64,000 nt of DNA from Patescibacteria group bacterium (lineage in GTDB: Bacteria; Patescibacteriota; Microgenomatia; UBA8517): positions 84,091-148,090 of the forward strand of contig DASVCV010000002.1 of the NCBI GenBank assembly GCA_036381415.1, written 5' to 3'. The notes under the pieces are model-generated. The model ran no database searches. It was not told the DNA's origin and saw only the letters and a list, made by a program, of their open reading frames with translations. Positions 47,698 through 56,752 of this stretch are shown in pieces (position 1 is the stretch's first letter; every line of letters starts with the position of its first letter). The position numbers and the translations under genes were made by a program.

Positions 47698-47766
47698 AGC
47701 TGTATTATAGCTGAGTTGGGGTGTAGCTTGTCAATATTGCCTCCAGCAACTAAAATACAAGTATCT

Positions 47767-49113
47767 ATGGAAAGAACTCTTATTTGTGAGACTCCCAAAA
47801 AGGCAGGAGAGAAAGTAAAACTGGCTGGATGGGTAAATATTAAAAGAGACCACGGCAAAATTACTTTTATTGATTTAAAAGATAGAAGTGGGATTGTGCA
47901 GCTAGTTGGAGATGGCAAGAACTTAGGATCTTTAAGGGCCCAGGATGCAATTGAAGTAGAAGGCAAGGTAAAAGAAAGACCTGAAAAACTAATTAATCCA
48001 AAAATTAAAACTGGTAAGGTGGAAGTTGAAGTGGAGAAAGTTAAAGTTTTAAGTAATGCCCATGAGCTTCCTTTTGACATGGGAAAGGAGGAACTTACTT
48101 TAGAGTTACCTACACTTTTAGACCATAGGCCTTTAACACTTCGTCATCCTAAACAAACTGCAATATTTAAGGTACAGGCCCAGGTTGCAGAGTCTTTTAG
48201 AAAAGCTGCAATTGCACTTAACTGCACTGAAATATTTGTTCCTACAATTGCAGTGTCTTCAACAGAAGGAGGATCTGAAGTATTTAGGGTAGATTATTAT
48301 GAACACAAAGCATATTTAACTCAGTCTCCACAACTATATAAACAGATAATGGTTGGAGCATTGGAGAGAGTTTATACATTTTCTCATGCTTATAGAGCAG
48401 AACCATCAGTTACAACCAGACATATTTCAGAAACAGTACAGATGGACTGTGAAATTGGATTTATAGAAAGTTTTGATGAACTTCTTGATGCAGTGGAATT
48501 TGCAGGTAAAGAGATGATTAGTGATGCAGCAAAAGAATGTGAGAGCGAACTAAAAATATTAGGGGTTGAAGCACCTTTAATTCCCCACAAAGTTCCTAGG
48601 CTTAAATTAAGAGAAGCACAAAAAATAGTGGAACAAAGAACTGGGAAAGATTTATCTCATGAAATGGATTTAAATAGTGAAGATGAAAAAGAGCTGGGAG
48701 CATGGGCAAGAGAAACCCACAAGTCAGATTTAGTGATAGTTACTCATTATCCGACTAAAAAGAGAGCATTTTATACAATGCCTGATCCTTCTAATCCAGA
48801 ATATAGTTTGTCGTATGACATGATATTTAAAGGATTGGAGATTCTTTCAGGAAGTCAGAGAATTAATGATTATGACCAGTTAGTGGGTGCAATTAAAGAT
48901 AGAGGGATGAATCCAGAAGATTTTGAAATATATTTGCAGGCATTTAAATATGGAATGCCACCTGAAGGAGGATTTTCTTTTGGATTGGAGAGAGTTACAA
49001 TGAAACTTCTTAATTTGGAGAATGTGAGAGAAGCATCTTTATTCCCAAGAGATATGGAAAGAGTAGACATTAGGCTTTCTACTTTAAATTCTACAAAACC
49101 TAATAAAAAATGA
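47767..49113 (+). CDS. aspS: aspartyl-tRNA synthetase, archaeal/short type (TTG at 47689 is an alternative start)
   Basis: QSPQLYKQ, FRAE..S.TTRH class II motifs, ~448 aa. Confidence 0.8.
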   Translation: MERTLICETPKKAGEKVKLAGWVNIKRDHGKITFIDLKDRSGIVQLVGDGKNLGSLRAQDAIEVEGKVKERPEKLINPKIKTGKVEVEVEKVKVLSNAHELPFDMGKEELTLELPTLLDHRPLTLRHPKQTAIFKVQAQVAESFRKAAIALNCTEIFVPTIAVSSTEGGSEVFRVDYYEHKAYLTQSPQLYKQIMVGALERVYTFSHAYRAEPSVTTRHISETVQMDCEIGFIESFDELLDAVEFAGKEMISDAAKECESELKILGVEAPLIPHKVPRLKLREAQKIVEQRTGKDLSHEMDLNSEDEKELGAWARETHKSDLVIVTHYPTKKRAFYTMPDPSNPEYSLSYDMIFKGLEILSGSQRINDYDQLVGAIKDRGMNPEDFEIYLQAFKYGMPPEGGFSFGLERVTMKLLNLENVREASLFPRDMERVDIRLSTLNSTKPNKK

Positions 49114-50057
49114 ATCTTTTTAAACCCAAGGGTGACAAGCTACTGTATCTGTCTTTGGCATCCTTAGTTTTTGTAGTGTCTTTTGCACTTTCTATTGGAC
49201 CTGAAGGACAAAAACAAATTTTTAGACCTCTTCTTCCTACAATTGCAAAAAGCAATCTGCCGGTTTTAACTGGGAGCACTTCTTTTCCAATTCTTTCAGC
49301 CCAGGGAGCAATTGCAGTAGATGAGGGCAGCGGAGTGTCTTTATATGAAAAAGATGCAGATCTTCCTCTTTTTCCAGCTTCCACTACTAAAATTGCAACA
49401 GCACTTGTAGCAATGGATCACTACAGAGCTGATGAAGTGATTGAGATAGGAAGAATAAGTGCTGAAGGACAGCAAATGGGATTATTGATGGGAGAGAAAT
49501 TAACTGGGAGAGATCTTTTTGATGGGTTATTAATATATTCAGCCAACGATGCTGCTGAAGCACTTGCTAGCGCATACCCTGGAGGAAGAGAAGCATTTGT
49601 TGCTGCAATGAATAAAAAAGCAGCTGAACTTAATTTACAGCACACACACTTTATGAACCCCAGTGGACTTGATCAAGATGGGCATGTTTCAACTGCAAGA
49701 GATATGATCAGGCTAGCTCAAGTTGCGATGAAGAACCCAACTTTTGCTGAGATTGTAGGAACAAAGGAGAAAGTTATTAAAAGCCAAGATGGAAAAATGG
49801 TTTATGATTTAAAAAATATTAACCAACTTTTGGGAAAAGTAGATGGAGTTGATGGAGTGAAGACAGGTTGGACTGAAAATGCTAGAGAAAATTTAGTAAC
49901 TCATGTAAAAAGAAATGGACGAGATGTAATGATTGCAATTTTAGGGAGTCAGGATAGATTTGGGGAAACAACAGAGGTGGTTAATTGGGTATTTTCTAGC
50001 TATACCTGGAAAGAAGTAACTCCTTCTCTTACTTTTGCAAATAGTAAGAATCAGTAA
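49110..50057 (+). CDS. dacA: D-alanyl-D-alanine carboxypeptidase (S11 family)
   Basis: ASTTK (SxxK), SAND (SxN), KTGWT (KTG). Confidence 0.85.
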   Translation: MNLFKPKGDKLLYLSLASLVFVVSFALSIGPEGQKQIFRPLLPTIAKSNLPVLTGSTSFPILSAQGAIAVDEGSGVSLYEKDADLPLFPASTTKIATALVAMDHYRADEVIEIGRISAEGQQMGLLMGEKLTGRDLFDGLLIYSANDAAEALASAYPGGREAFVAAMNKKAAELNLQHTHFMNPSGLDQDGHVSTARDMIRLAQVAMKNPTFAEIVGTKEKVIKSQDGKMVYDLKNINQLLGKVDGVDGVKTGWTENARENLVTHVKRNGRDVMIAILGSQDRFGETTEVVNWVFSSYTWKEVTPSLTFANSKNQ

Positions 50058-51081
50058 TTGCAGGGACATAGGCTATAAAGCCGTTGTCTCCTTCAAAAAC
50101 ATAAATAGGTTGGAAGAAATCCATTTGAGTGTCTGGGTCAAAGTGAGCTAGGTAAACTTTTCTAATTGTAACGTTTCCAGTGCTATTAAGACCCAGATCT
50201 GCAATATATCCTTTGCCAGATGATAGTTCTTCATATGCTACTTGGGGAGTTTTGATTGGGTAGGTGGAACTAAGTGTTGCATCAATCGGGAAATAGTGGA
50301 ATTCTCCACCTATAACTATTTTTTCTCTTGTTTGGCTTCCAGCAACAAGAAACCAGATGTTTCCTTGAGCTGGATGTGGAGTAAGGCTTGGCATTTTGTC
50401 ATATTCTTCTCTAAAGAAGTTAACTTTAATTAGAGAACTTTCCGAAAGAGAAATTGCAGGAACTAATTGTTTGTTTTCAATTTTTAAGAAATCGTGAGTG
50501 GAAGTACCGGCCTCGATGTCATCTGGAAGGAGCCCTGCTCCTTTAAGATATGATTTAACATTGTCTGCTGCTACTTCAGGGCTTGGCGGTCTTTGAGAAA
50601 TAGGAGTGGGGTCTTTAGAAAGATCATAGCTTACTGAAAAAACTCCTGTAACAATATTCATTTCAAGAGTGGCTGGAACAATGGGGTGGGTAAATTTATA
50701 GAGTGTTTGGGATTCAGAGACAGGTTCATTTGTAAAACCTAAGGCTGCTGCTTTTCTTTTGGTAGCATCTAAAGAGGAAAGATTACTTGCTTCTTTAGGC
50801 ATTCTATAAACTGTTGCTTGGATAGGCATCTTAGGAAGTTCTCCGGTTGGGGTTTGGAGAGTATAAGTTAGGGTTGGAAGGTTTTTATTATCTGGAAAAG
50901 TTATCTTTGGAAGTGGTCCAAAGGCAATTGTTGCAGGTGGAGGAGGAGCTGGAAAGACTTTATTAAAAATTCCAATCCCAATTCCCAGTATAATTCTTCC
51001 AATTATGAGAAAAATTATGAAAAAAATTGAGTAACGGATAATTTTTCTTGTTGTGACTGCAATTTGGGTTAAAGATGCCAT
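50029..51081 (-). CDS. hypothetical membrane-anchored protein
   Basis: 350 aa, single N-terminal TM, Pro-rich linker. Confidence 0.5.
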   Translation of the reverse strand: MASLTQIAVTTRKIIRYSIFFIIFLIIGRIILGIGIGIFNKVFPAPPPPATIAFGPLPKITFPDNKNLPTLTYTLQTPTGELPKMPIQATVYRMPKEASNLSSLDATKRKAAALGFTNEPVSESQTLYKFTHPIVPATLEMNIVTGVFSVSYDLSKDPTPISQRPPSPEVAADNVKSYLKGAGLLPDDIEAGTSTHDFLKIENKQLVPAISLSESSLIKVNFFREEYDKMPSLTPHPAQGNIWFLVAGSQTREKIVIGGEFHYFPIDATLSSTYPIKTPQVAYEELSSGKGYIADLGLNSTGNVTIRKVYLAHFDPDTQMDFFQPIYVFEGDNGFIAYVPAITDSYYLQK

Positions 51082-51127
51082 ATGTTACTTTGAGTATAGG
51101 TTATGCGGGTGCTACAATTCAATTGCT

Positions 51128-52453
51128 ATGGTACGCACAAGATTTGCTCCTTCCCCAACCGGCAATATCCACATCGGAGGATTAAGAACTGCTTTATATG
51201 CATATGCACTTGCAAAGCACAACAAAGGTGAGTTTATTTTAAGAATAGAAGACACTGATAAAAAAAGGGAAGTAGAAGGGGCAACAGAAAAGATTAAAGA
51301 GCTCCTTAATCTTTTTGGACTTATCTGGGATGAATACTTTATTCAGTCAGAAAGAGTAAAAAGCGGGATATATAAAAAAGCTGCAGAAAAACTTGTAAAG
51401 GAAGGACATGCATATTATTGCCAACATGAGGGGAGAAATGCGAAGAAGGAAGGTTTTAGTAAAGAGTTAAGGGATTCATGCAGAGACAAAAATCTGACAA
51501 GCGGAGCAATTAAACTTAGGGTGCCTGATAATGAAAAGGTTTCCTTTAAAGATTTTGTTGTTGGAAAAGAAATAAGCTGGAATACAAGCGATGTAGCTGA
51601 TGCGACACTTTTAAAATCAGATGGATTTCCTACATACCACTTGGCAGTGGTTGTAGATGATAATGATATGAAAGTAAGCCATGTGTTAAGAGGGCATGAT
51701 TGGATGCCTTCCACTCCAATACATTTATTGGTACATAAATACTTAGGATTTAAATTGCCTGAAATTGGACACTTAACAGATATTTTAGATCCAGAAGGAG
51801 GAAAGCTTTCTAAAAGAAAAGGCAGTACTTCAGTTGAAGGGCTACTTAAGGAAGGGTACTTACCTAGCGCACTTCTTAACTATGTGTGTTTACTTGGCTG
51901 GGCACCAAAGAATAATCAGGAAATATTTAGTTTGGAAGAATTTGTTGCTATGTTTGATCCAAAAGGATTTCAGAAATCAAATCCTGTTTTTGACAGAGCA
52001 AAACTTGATTGGATGAATGGAGAATACATTAGAAAGGCGGACCTTGAAGGATTTATTAGAATGCTTAAATCAGAATCAAGCGGATTTAGTGAGGAACTAT
52101 TAAAAAAGATTGCTCCCTTAATTAAAGACAGGATTAAGAAGCTGAGTGAGTTTGGAAACTATACTAGATTTTTTATTGAGGAGCCAACAGTGGAAAAGAA
52201 ACTATTGGGACCAAATTCTAAAAAACATTTGGAGGCAGCTAAGAAGGCATTAGATAAAATTAAGAAGTGGGACTTAGAAGAAATAAATGAAGTATTAATG
52301 GAGGCAGTTAAAGATAATGGTTTTAAAATTGGAGATTTTTTCATGGATTTAAGAATTGCAGTAACAGGGACGCGCTTTACACCGCCTATTAATGATTCTA
52401 TTGTAATATTAGGAAAGGATACCACTTTAAAGAGACTATCAAAGGTAACTTAA
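51128..52453 (+). CDS. gltX: glutamyl-tRNA synthetase
   Basis: RFAPSPTGNIHIGG (HIGH), KLSKRKG (KMSKS). Confidence 0.92.
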   Translation: MVRTRFAPSPTGNIHIGGLRTALYAYALAKHNKGEFILRIEDTDKKREVEGATEKIKELLNLFGLIWDEYFIQSERVKSGIYKKAAEKLVKEGHAYYCQHEGRNAKKEGFSKELRDSCRDKNLTSGAIKLRVPDNEKVSFKDFVVGKEISWNTSDVADATLLKSDGFPTYHLAVVVDDNDMKVSHVLRGHDWMPSTPIHLLVHKYLGFKLPEIGHLTDILDPEGGKLSKRKGSTSVEGLLKEGYLPSALLNYVCLLGWAPKNNQEIFSLEEFVAMFDPKGFQKSNPVFDRAKLDWMNGEYIRKADLEGFIRMLKSESSGFSEELLKKIAPLIKDRIKKLSEFGNYTRFFIEEPTVEKKLLGPNSKKHLEAAKKALDKIKKWDLEEINEVLMEAVKDNGFKIGDFFMDLRIAVTGTRFTPPINDSIVILGKDTTLKRLSKVT

Positions 52454-52456
52454 CAT

Positions 52457-53440
52457 ATGGGAAAACTGCCCACACAAACATATCAAGATATTGATTTAAG
52501 AACTCCTGCTGAACTTTCAGAACATTTAAGGAACAAACTTAAGCTCAAAAACTTGCAGGCAAAAGAAGCTTTCAAAAAGAAGCATCCCCATGCAGATAAA
52601 TTCTTGCAGGAAAAAGGAGTAGAGCTTGCAAATATTAGAACTCATTCTGCAAAACTACTTGGAACTGGAGCTTTGGCTGCAGGACTACTTTTAAATAATC
52701 CAAGCCAGCCTTTAACATTTCCAAGTCCTAACCAGATAGTAGCAAATATAATAGGTCAAGGACAGCTTTCATCTTTAATAACTCCACAAGAGCAGGTGTT
52801 AGGTGCATTAAAGCAGATTTTGCCTGAGAAACCGCAGCCACTGGATAGAACAACTGAAAAGGCGCTTGAAAATTTGTTTAAGAATGAAATTGGGATACCG
52901 GCAAAGGCTACTTTAGAAGGAGAGCACTTAAATACTACCTATGGCTTAATTGGGGCTGAGCAGCATTTGTACAGATACCCAGGAGATACTTTGGCACAGC
53001 ATGGAAGTGGAGCAGTACTTGATGAAGGGATTGCTCCAGGACTTGGAGCTTGGGGATACTTTGCATATTCAAAGGATAAACTAACTCCTGATTTGGAAGA
53101 GGATGAGAAATGGTATGCAGTAGTTCAGACACTCTATCTTCCCAATTGGAACCAAAGAGCAAGGTATTTGATAGGTTGGTATAAGTATAGAAAAGTATTA
53201 ATTGTAAATACTGTTAATGGAAAGGCAGTGGTAGCGGATGTAGCTGATGCTGGCCCTGCTGCTTGGACAGGAAAACAGTTTGGAGGTTCTCCTGAAGTAA
53301 TGAATTATTTGGGAGGTCCAAGATATAAAAAAGGACCTGTTATTGTATTTTTTGTGGATGATCCTGAGAATAAAATACCCTTGGGGCCAGTTGACTATAG
53401 TACTATTAAACTGCCACAAGTTGTGGGACAGGCTATATAA
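52457..53440 (+). CDS. hypothetical protein with C-terminal RlpA-like double-psi beta-barrel-like segment
   Basis: KVLIVNTVNGKAVVADVADAGPAAWTG resembles RlpA/3D-domain core. Confidence 0.4.
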   Translation: MGKLPTQTYQDIDLRTPAELSEHLRNKLKLKNLQAKEAFKKKHPHADKFLQEKGVELANIRTHSAKLLGTGALAAGLLLNNPSQPLTFPSPNQIVANIIGQGQLSSLITPQEQVLGALKQILPEKPQPLDRTTEKALENLFKNEIGIPAKATLEGEHLNTTYGLIGAEQHLYRYPGDTLAQHGSGAVLDEGIAPGLGAWGYFAYSKDKLTPDLEEDEKWYAVVQTLYLPNWNQRARYLIGWYKYRKVLIVNTVNGKAVVADVADAGPAAWTGKQFGGSPEVMNYLGGPRYKKGPVIVFFVDDPENKIPLGPVDYSTIKLPQVVGQAI

Positions 53441-53460
53441 TGAAAGCATAAATAAAAATC

Positions 53461-53787
53461 ATGAGTGCAATTTTTTACGATCACTTAATAATATTAGACG
53501 AGCTGGATTCTGAAATTAAATCAGTTTCAGGCAGTAGAGAAGAAAAGGAAGAACTATGGAAGATAGTAGATGAAACTATCCATCACAGAGTGATGGATGT
53601 TATTTTATCCAGGCTTCCAAGGGAAAGTCATGAAGAGTTTTTGGAGAAGTTTACACAAAGCCCTCATGACAGAGCACTTATTAAGTATTTAAGAGAAAAG
53701 ATTAAGGATGATGTAGAAGAGATAATTCATGAGGAGATACAAAAACTTAAAAAAGAACTTCTAGCAGATATCCACAAGAAAAAGTAA
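53461..53787 (+). CDS. hypothetical protein
   Basis: 108-aa acidic/helical ORF. Confidence 0.45.
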   Translation: MSAIFYDHLIILDELDSEIKSVSGSREEKEELWKIVDETIHHRVMDVILSRLPRESHEEFLEKFTQSPHDRALIKYLREKIKDDVEEIIHEEIQKLKKELLADIHKKK

Positions 53788-53850
53788 AGAAAAAGAACAC
53801 AAAAAGAAAAAACGAGCAGTTTTTCGTTTTTAGAGGAACTTTTTCCGTTA

Positions 53851-53893
53851 TTCCATCTAGTTAAAACAATAAATTAGAATCAACTAGATGGAA
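53851..53893. repeat. 12-bp perfect inverted repeat TTCCATCTAGTT / AACTAGATGGAA with 19-nt spacer between convergent genes
   Basis: read directly. Confidence 0.7.
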
Positions 53894-53899
53894 TGTAGG

Positions 53900-54139
53900 T
53901 TATTTTTTGCTGAAAGCCATCCAAAGTACGTATAGACCGGAAAGTCCGACTAAGACATATACTATTTGGACTAACACTGGCCAGACACCCAAAAGAGATT
54001 CAACCAAATTAAGGTTTGCAACTCCAATAAGTCCCCAGTTTATAGCTCCAACAACAACAAGAAGCCAAGCTAACCAATCTACTGTAGTCATTTTCATCTT
54101 ACTTCCACCTGATGTTTTTCTTTTTGCCAATTTAATCAC
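53900..54139 (-). CDS. DUF378-like small membrane protein (start probably internal M, ~54097)
   Basis: INWGLIGVANLNLV...VYVLVGLSGLYVL. Confidence 0.55.
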   Translation of the reverse strand: MIKLAKRKTSGGSKMKMTTVDWLAWLLVVVGAINWGLIGVANLNLVESLLGVWPVLVQIVYVLVGLSGLYVLWMAFSKK

Positions 54140-54214
54140 CCCCTTTAGCCTTTTCTTAGAAATTCCTGAAGAATAGGCAGTACTATTCAGTATTGAGAAT
54201 TGGTAGAGAGGTTG

Positions 54215-54799
54215 TCAAGAGGAGTGTAGCTGGCCATTTTCTTTTACAGCCCCAATGAAGTCAGCAAGTCTTCTTGATTTTCCATCTTTATCCATGCCTG
54301 AGCCAAAGAGCCATTTCTTGCCATCTAATGTAAAAATGGAGTAATCAATTTTTACAGAAACTTCTTGGTTTCCTTCCTTTGTTGCAAGAACAAGGAGTTT
54401 TAGAGATTCTGGATCCATTAGATTAAGTAGGCAACGGACATATTCAAGGGTGTATCCTCCATCTTGAACATCATCTACTCCAAGCACATGTTTCCCTTTT
54501 ATTGCATTTGGTTCTATTGCCAAAAGAAGCTGGGGCTTTCTGGAAGATTTTTTGGAGTTTCCATAGCTACCTACAGCAATGAATCTTAAATCAACATCTA
54601 AGCCATTTTGTTCTAACTTTTCTCCCAGATGGACTGCTGTTACAACGCCTCCATTTAAAACTCCAACTAGAACTATTCCTTTGACACCTGATTTTAGATA
54701 GTCGGCAGAGATTATTTTGGCTGCTTTCTCAAAACCTCTATTTCTTTCTTCTGAAGTTACTAATACCTCTTCGTTTTCAAGGACCCTTTCGTGTGCCAT
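54215..54799 (-). CDS. hpt: hypoxanthine/guanine phosphoribosyltransferase
   Basis: VLGVDDVQDGGYTL PRPP-binding motif, 194 aa. Confidence 0.8.
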   Translation of the reverse strand: MAHERVLENEEVLVTSEERNRGFEKAAKIISADYLKSGVKGIVLVGVLNGGVVTAVHLGEKLEQNGLDVDLRFIAVGSYGNSKKSSRKPQLLLAIEPNAIKGKHVLGVDDVQDGGYTLEYVRCLLNLMDPESLKLLVLATKEGNQEVSVKIDYSIFTLDGKKWLFGSGMDKDGKSRRLADFIGAVKENGQLHSS

Positions 54800-54842
54800 G
54801 AGGCATTTTAAACAGATGAGTTATAGGTTGTAAAGAGGAAAA

Positions 54843-55088
54843 TTACCTAGACTTTTTAACTTTTTTATCTTTATAGAGAAGAATATATATTAAAGGCAAT
54901 ATTCCAAGAGTATTGAGAATAAGAAGAGCTATAAACCAACCTTTTTGTTCTCTTTTTGAGGCAAACCAGAGAGCATATCCTTTAAGGACTATTTCAACAA
55001 CTGCAATAATCATTATGAAAGGCCAGAGGGTAAAGAATAGGCCTAAATTTGGAAAACCTGTACTCCAGTAATTATTTCCCCACATCAT
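54843..55088 (-). CDS. small two-TM membrane protein
   Basis: 81 aa. Confidence 0.45.
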   Translation of the reverse strand: MMWGNNYWSTGFPNLGLFFTLWPFIMIIAVVEIVLKGYALWFASKREQKGWFIALLILNTLGILPLIYILLYKDKKVKKSR

Positions 55089-55176
55089 AATTTAATAGTA
55101 GAACTTTTAAAAATTTTGTCAACATTTTTATGGCTAAAATGGCAAGCAAAGCTTGCGACTTTGTCTAGACTAGAGC

Positions 55177-55206
55177 TTGGCCATTTGCTTCGGCAAATGG
55201 TAAAAT
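55177..55206 (+). promoter_or_regulatory. promoter TTGGCC-18nt-TAAAAT for tRNA-Gln; spacer is a perfect 8-bp-arm palindrome CCATTTGC-ttcg-GCAAATGG
   Basis: read directly; -10 ends 10 nt before tRNA 5' end. Confidence 0.5.
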
Positions 55207-55216
55207 AGTGCAATAT

Positions 55217-55290
55217 TGCGGGATCGTATAATGGCAGTACCTATGACTCTGGATCATAGTATCTTGGTTCGAATCCAAGTCCCGCAGCCA
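55217..55290 (+). tRNA. tRNA-Gln (anticodon CTG), CCA encoded
   Basis: acceptor TGCGGGA/TCCCGCA, anticodon stem TATGA/TCATA, loop cTCTGGa, T-arm CTTGG-TTCGAAT-CCAAG, 3' GCCA. Confidence 0.85.
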
Positions 55291-55291
55291 A

Positions 55292-56377
55292 GTGGTGAAG
55301 CTTAACAATAAGATGGTTTTTTCTAAATCAAAGGGAGATGACGTTTGTAGTGACCAATTTCGTTGGCTTGCTGAAAACTCCATGGATATAATTCATGTTT
55401 TTGATACTAGGGGCAACGTTATTTACATTAACCCTGCAGTTAAAGATAGTCTTGGTTATGAACAAAAGGAAATGGTTGGAAAGAATGCTTTTAGATTTGT
55501 TCATCCAGGAGACTTGCTAAAGGTTACTGAATCTTTTGCTAAAGCAAAGGTAAAAGGTGCGGTTGGAGGAAAAATGTTGGAAATTCGTATAAGGCACAAG
55601 CAAGGCTTTTGGAAAACATTTGAAGTTGTAAGTAGGATTGTTTTTACAGATTCGGGAAAAATGAATTTAATTGTTAATTCAAGAGATATTACTGAGAGAA
55701 AGATGGTGGAACAGATGAAGGAGGAATTTTTGTCTTTTGTTGCTCATGAGCTTAAGACGCCTGTGACTGTAATGAAATTGGCTTCGCAAAATGTTTTTTT
55801 AAAACTGAAGAAGCAAAATGCATCTGATGGTCTCCTAAAAAGAATTAGAGATATTGATAATGAGACGGATCGTTTGACCGGACTTATTAACGACATATTA
55901 GATGTTACCAGGTTGGAGTCAGGTAAAATACGGTTTAATGTTACATTTTTTGATTTGACTGAACTTTTGACAGAGACGGTTGAAGGTTTGAGATCACTTG
56001 CTCGGCAAAAAATTAAATTGTCTAAAAAGAGGAAAGTTATGGTTAGGGGAGATAGAGGTAGGATTAAACAGGTACTTATTAATTTGTTGTCCAATTCTAT
56101 TAAATATTCTAAACAAAATGGCGAAATAATTATTAACAGTTCAAAAGGAAAAAGATTTGTTACAGTTTCGATTAAGGATGAAGGAAGTGGAATTCCGAAA
56201 GAAAAGTTGTCTAATTTATTTAAAAGGTTTTATCAGATCGAAAAGGGTTCTGCTAGGGGATTAGGATTAGGTTTATATATTTCAAAGGAGATTATTGATA
56301 GGCATGATTGTAAAATATGGGTTGAATCTAGGAAGGGAAAAGGAAGCATCTTTTACTTTACCTTGCCTTTGGTTTGA
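55292..56377 (+). CDS. cytoplasmic PAS-domain sensor histidine kinase (start uncertain; begins 2 nt after tRNA-Gln)
   Basis: PAS-like N-terminus, FVAHELKTPVT H-box, HATPase_c G-boxes (GLGLGLYISKEI). Confidence 0.8.
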   Translation: MVKLNNKMVFSKSKGDDVCSDQFRWLAENSMDIIHVFDTRGNVIYINPAVKDSLGYEQKEMVGKNAFRFVHPGDLLKVTESFAKAKVKGAVGGKMLEIRIRHKQGFWKTFEVVSRIVFTDSGKMNLIVNSRDITERKMVEQMKEEFLSFVAHELKTPVTVMKLASQNVFLKLKKQNASDGLLKRIRDIDNETDRLTGLINDILDVTRLESGKIRFNVTFFDLTELLTETVEGLRSLARQKIKLSKKRKVMVRGDRGRIKQVLINLLSNSIKYSKQNGEIIINSSKGKRFVTVSIKDEGSGIPKEKLSNLFKRFYQIEKGSARGLGLGLYISKEIIDRHDCKIWVESRKGKGSIFYFTLPLV

Positions 56378-56426
56378 TGCTTTGTAATATTGGAGTTATT
56401 ATTTATAAAGTTGGGGGGTGAGATGG

Positions 56427-56609
56427 ATGTATAAGAAAGTAGTTTACAATAATACTTCAGGTGCTATTTATGGGCTTGGTTTTGTAGGGGCACTCATATT
56501 TGAAATTCAACACTCTATTACTATTGGAGACATGATAATGGGAATTTTAAAATCAATTGTTTGGCCAGCACTTGTAACTTTTAGAGTATTTGAATATTTT
56601 AGGATTTAA
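56427..56609 (+). CDS. small membrane protein
   Basis: 60 aa, GGGGTGA SD upstream. Confidence 0.4.
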   Translation: MYKKVVYNNTSGAIYGLGFVGALIFEIQHSITIGDMIMGILKSIVWPALVTFRVFEYFRI

Positions 56610-56752
56610 TTTTTAGATATCAAGTTAGTTGCTTCTATCTATATTTGATATCTGTATAACAAAAGTAATTTCTGAGATAATGTTTGTGTTGGTTGTACTT
56701 TTATAATGTTCTCAGTCCTTTTTAAGAGACTGAGTTGATACTAAAACTGCCT

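Noticed and set aside
47499-47766. T-box leader upstream of aspS
   Set aside because: Could not find the conserved T-box sequence (AATTAGGGTGGTACCGCG-like) or specifier-loop architecture by eye.
53907-54176. 89-aa plus-strand ORF
   Set aside because: Antisense to the DUF378-like membrane protein gene, whose product has a clear conserved motif. The plus-strand translation is Pro/Thr-rich noise.
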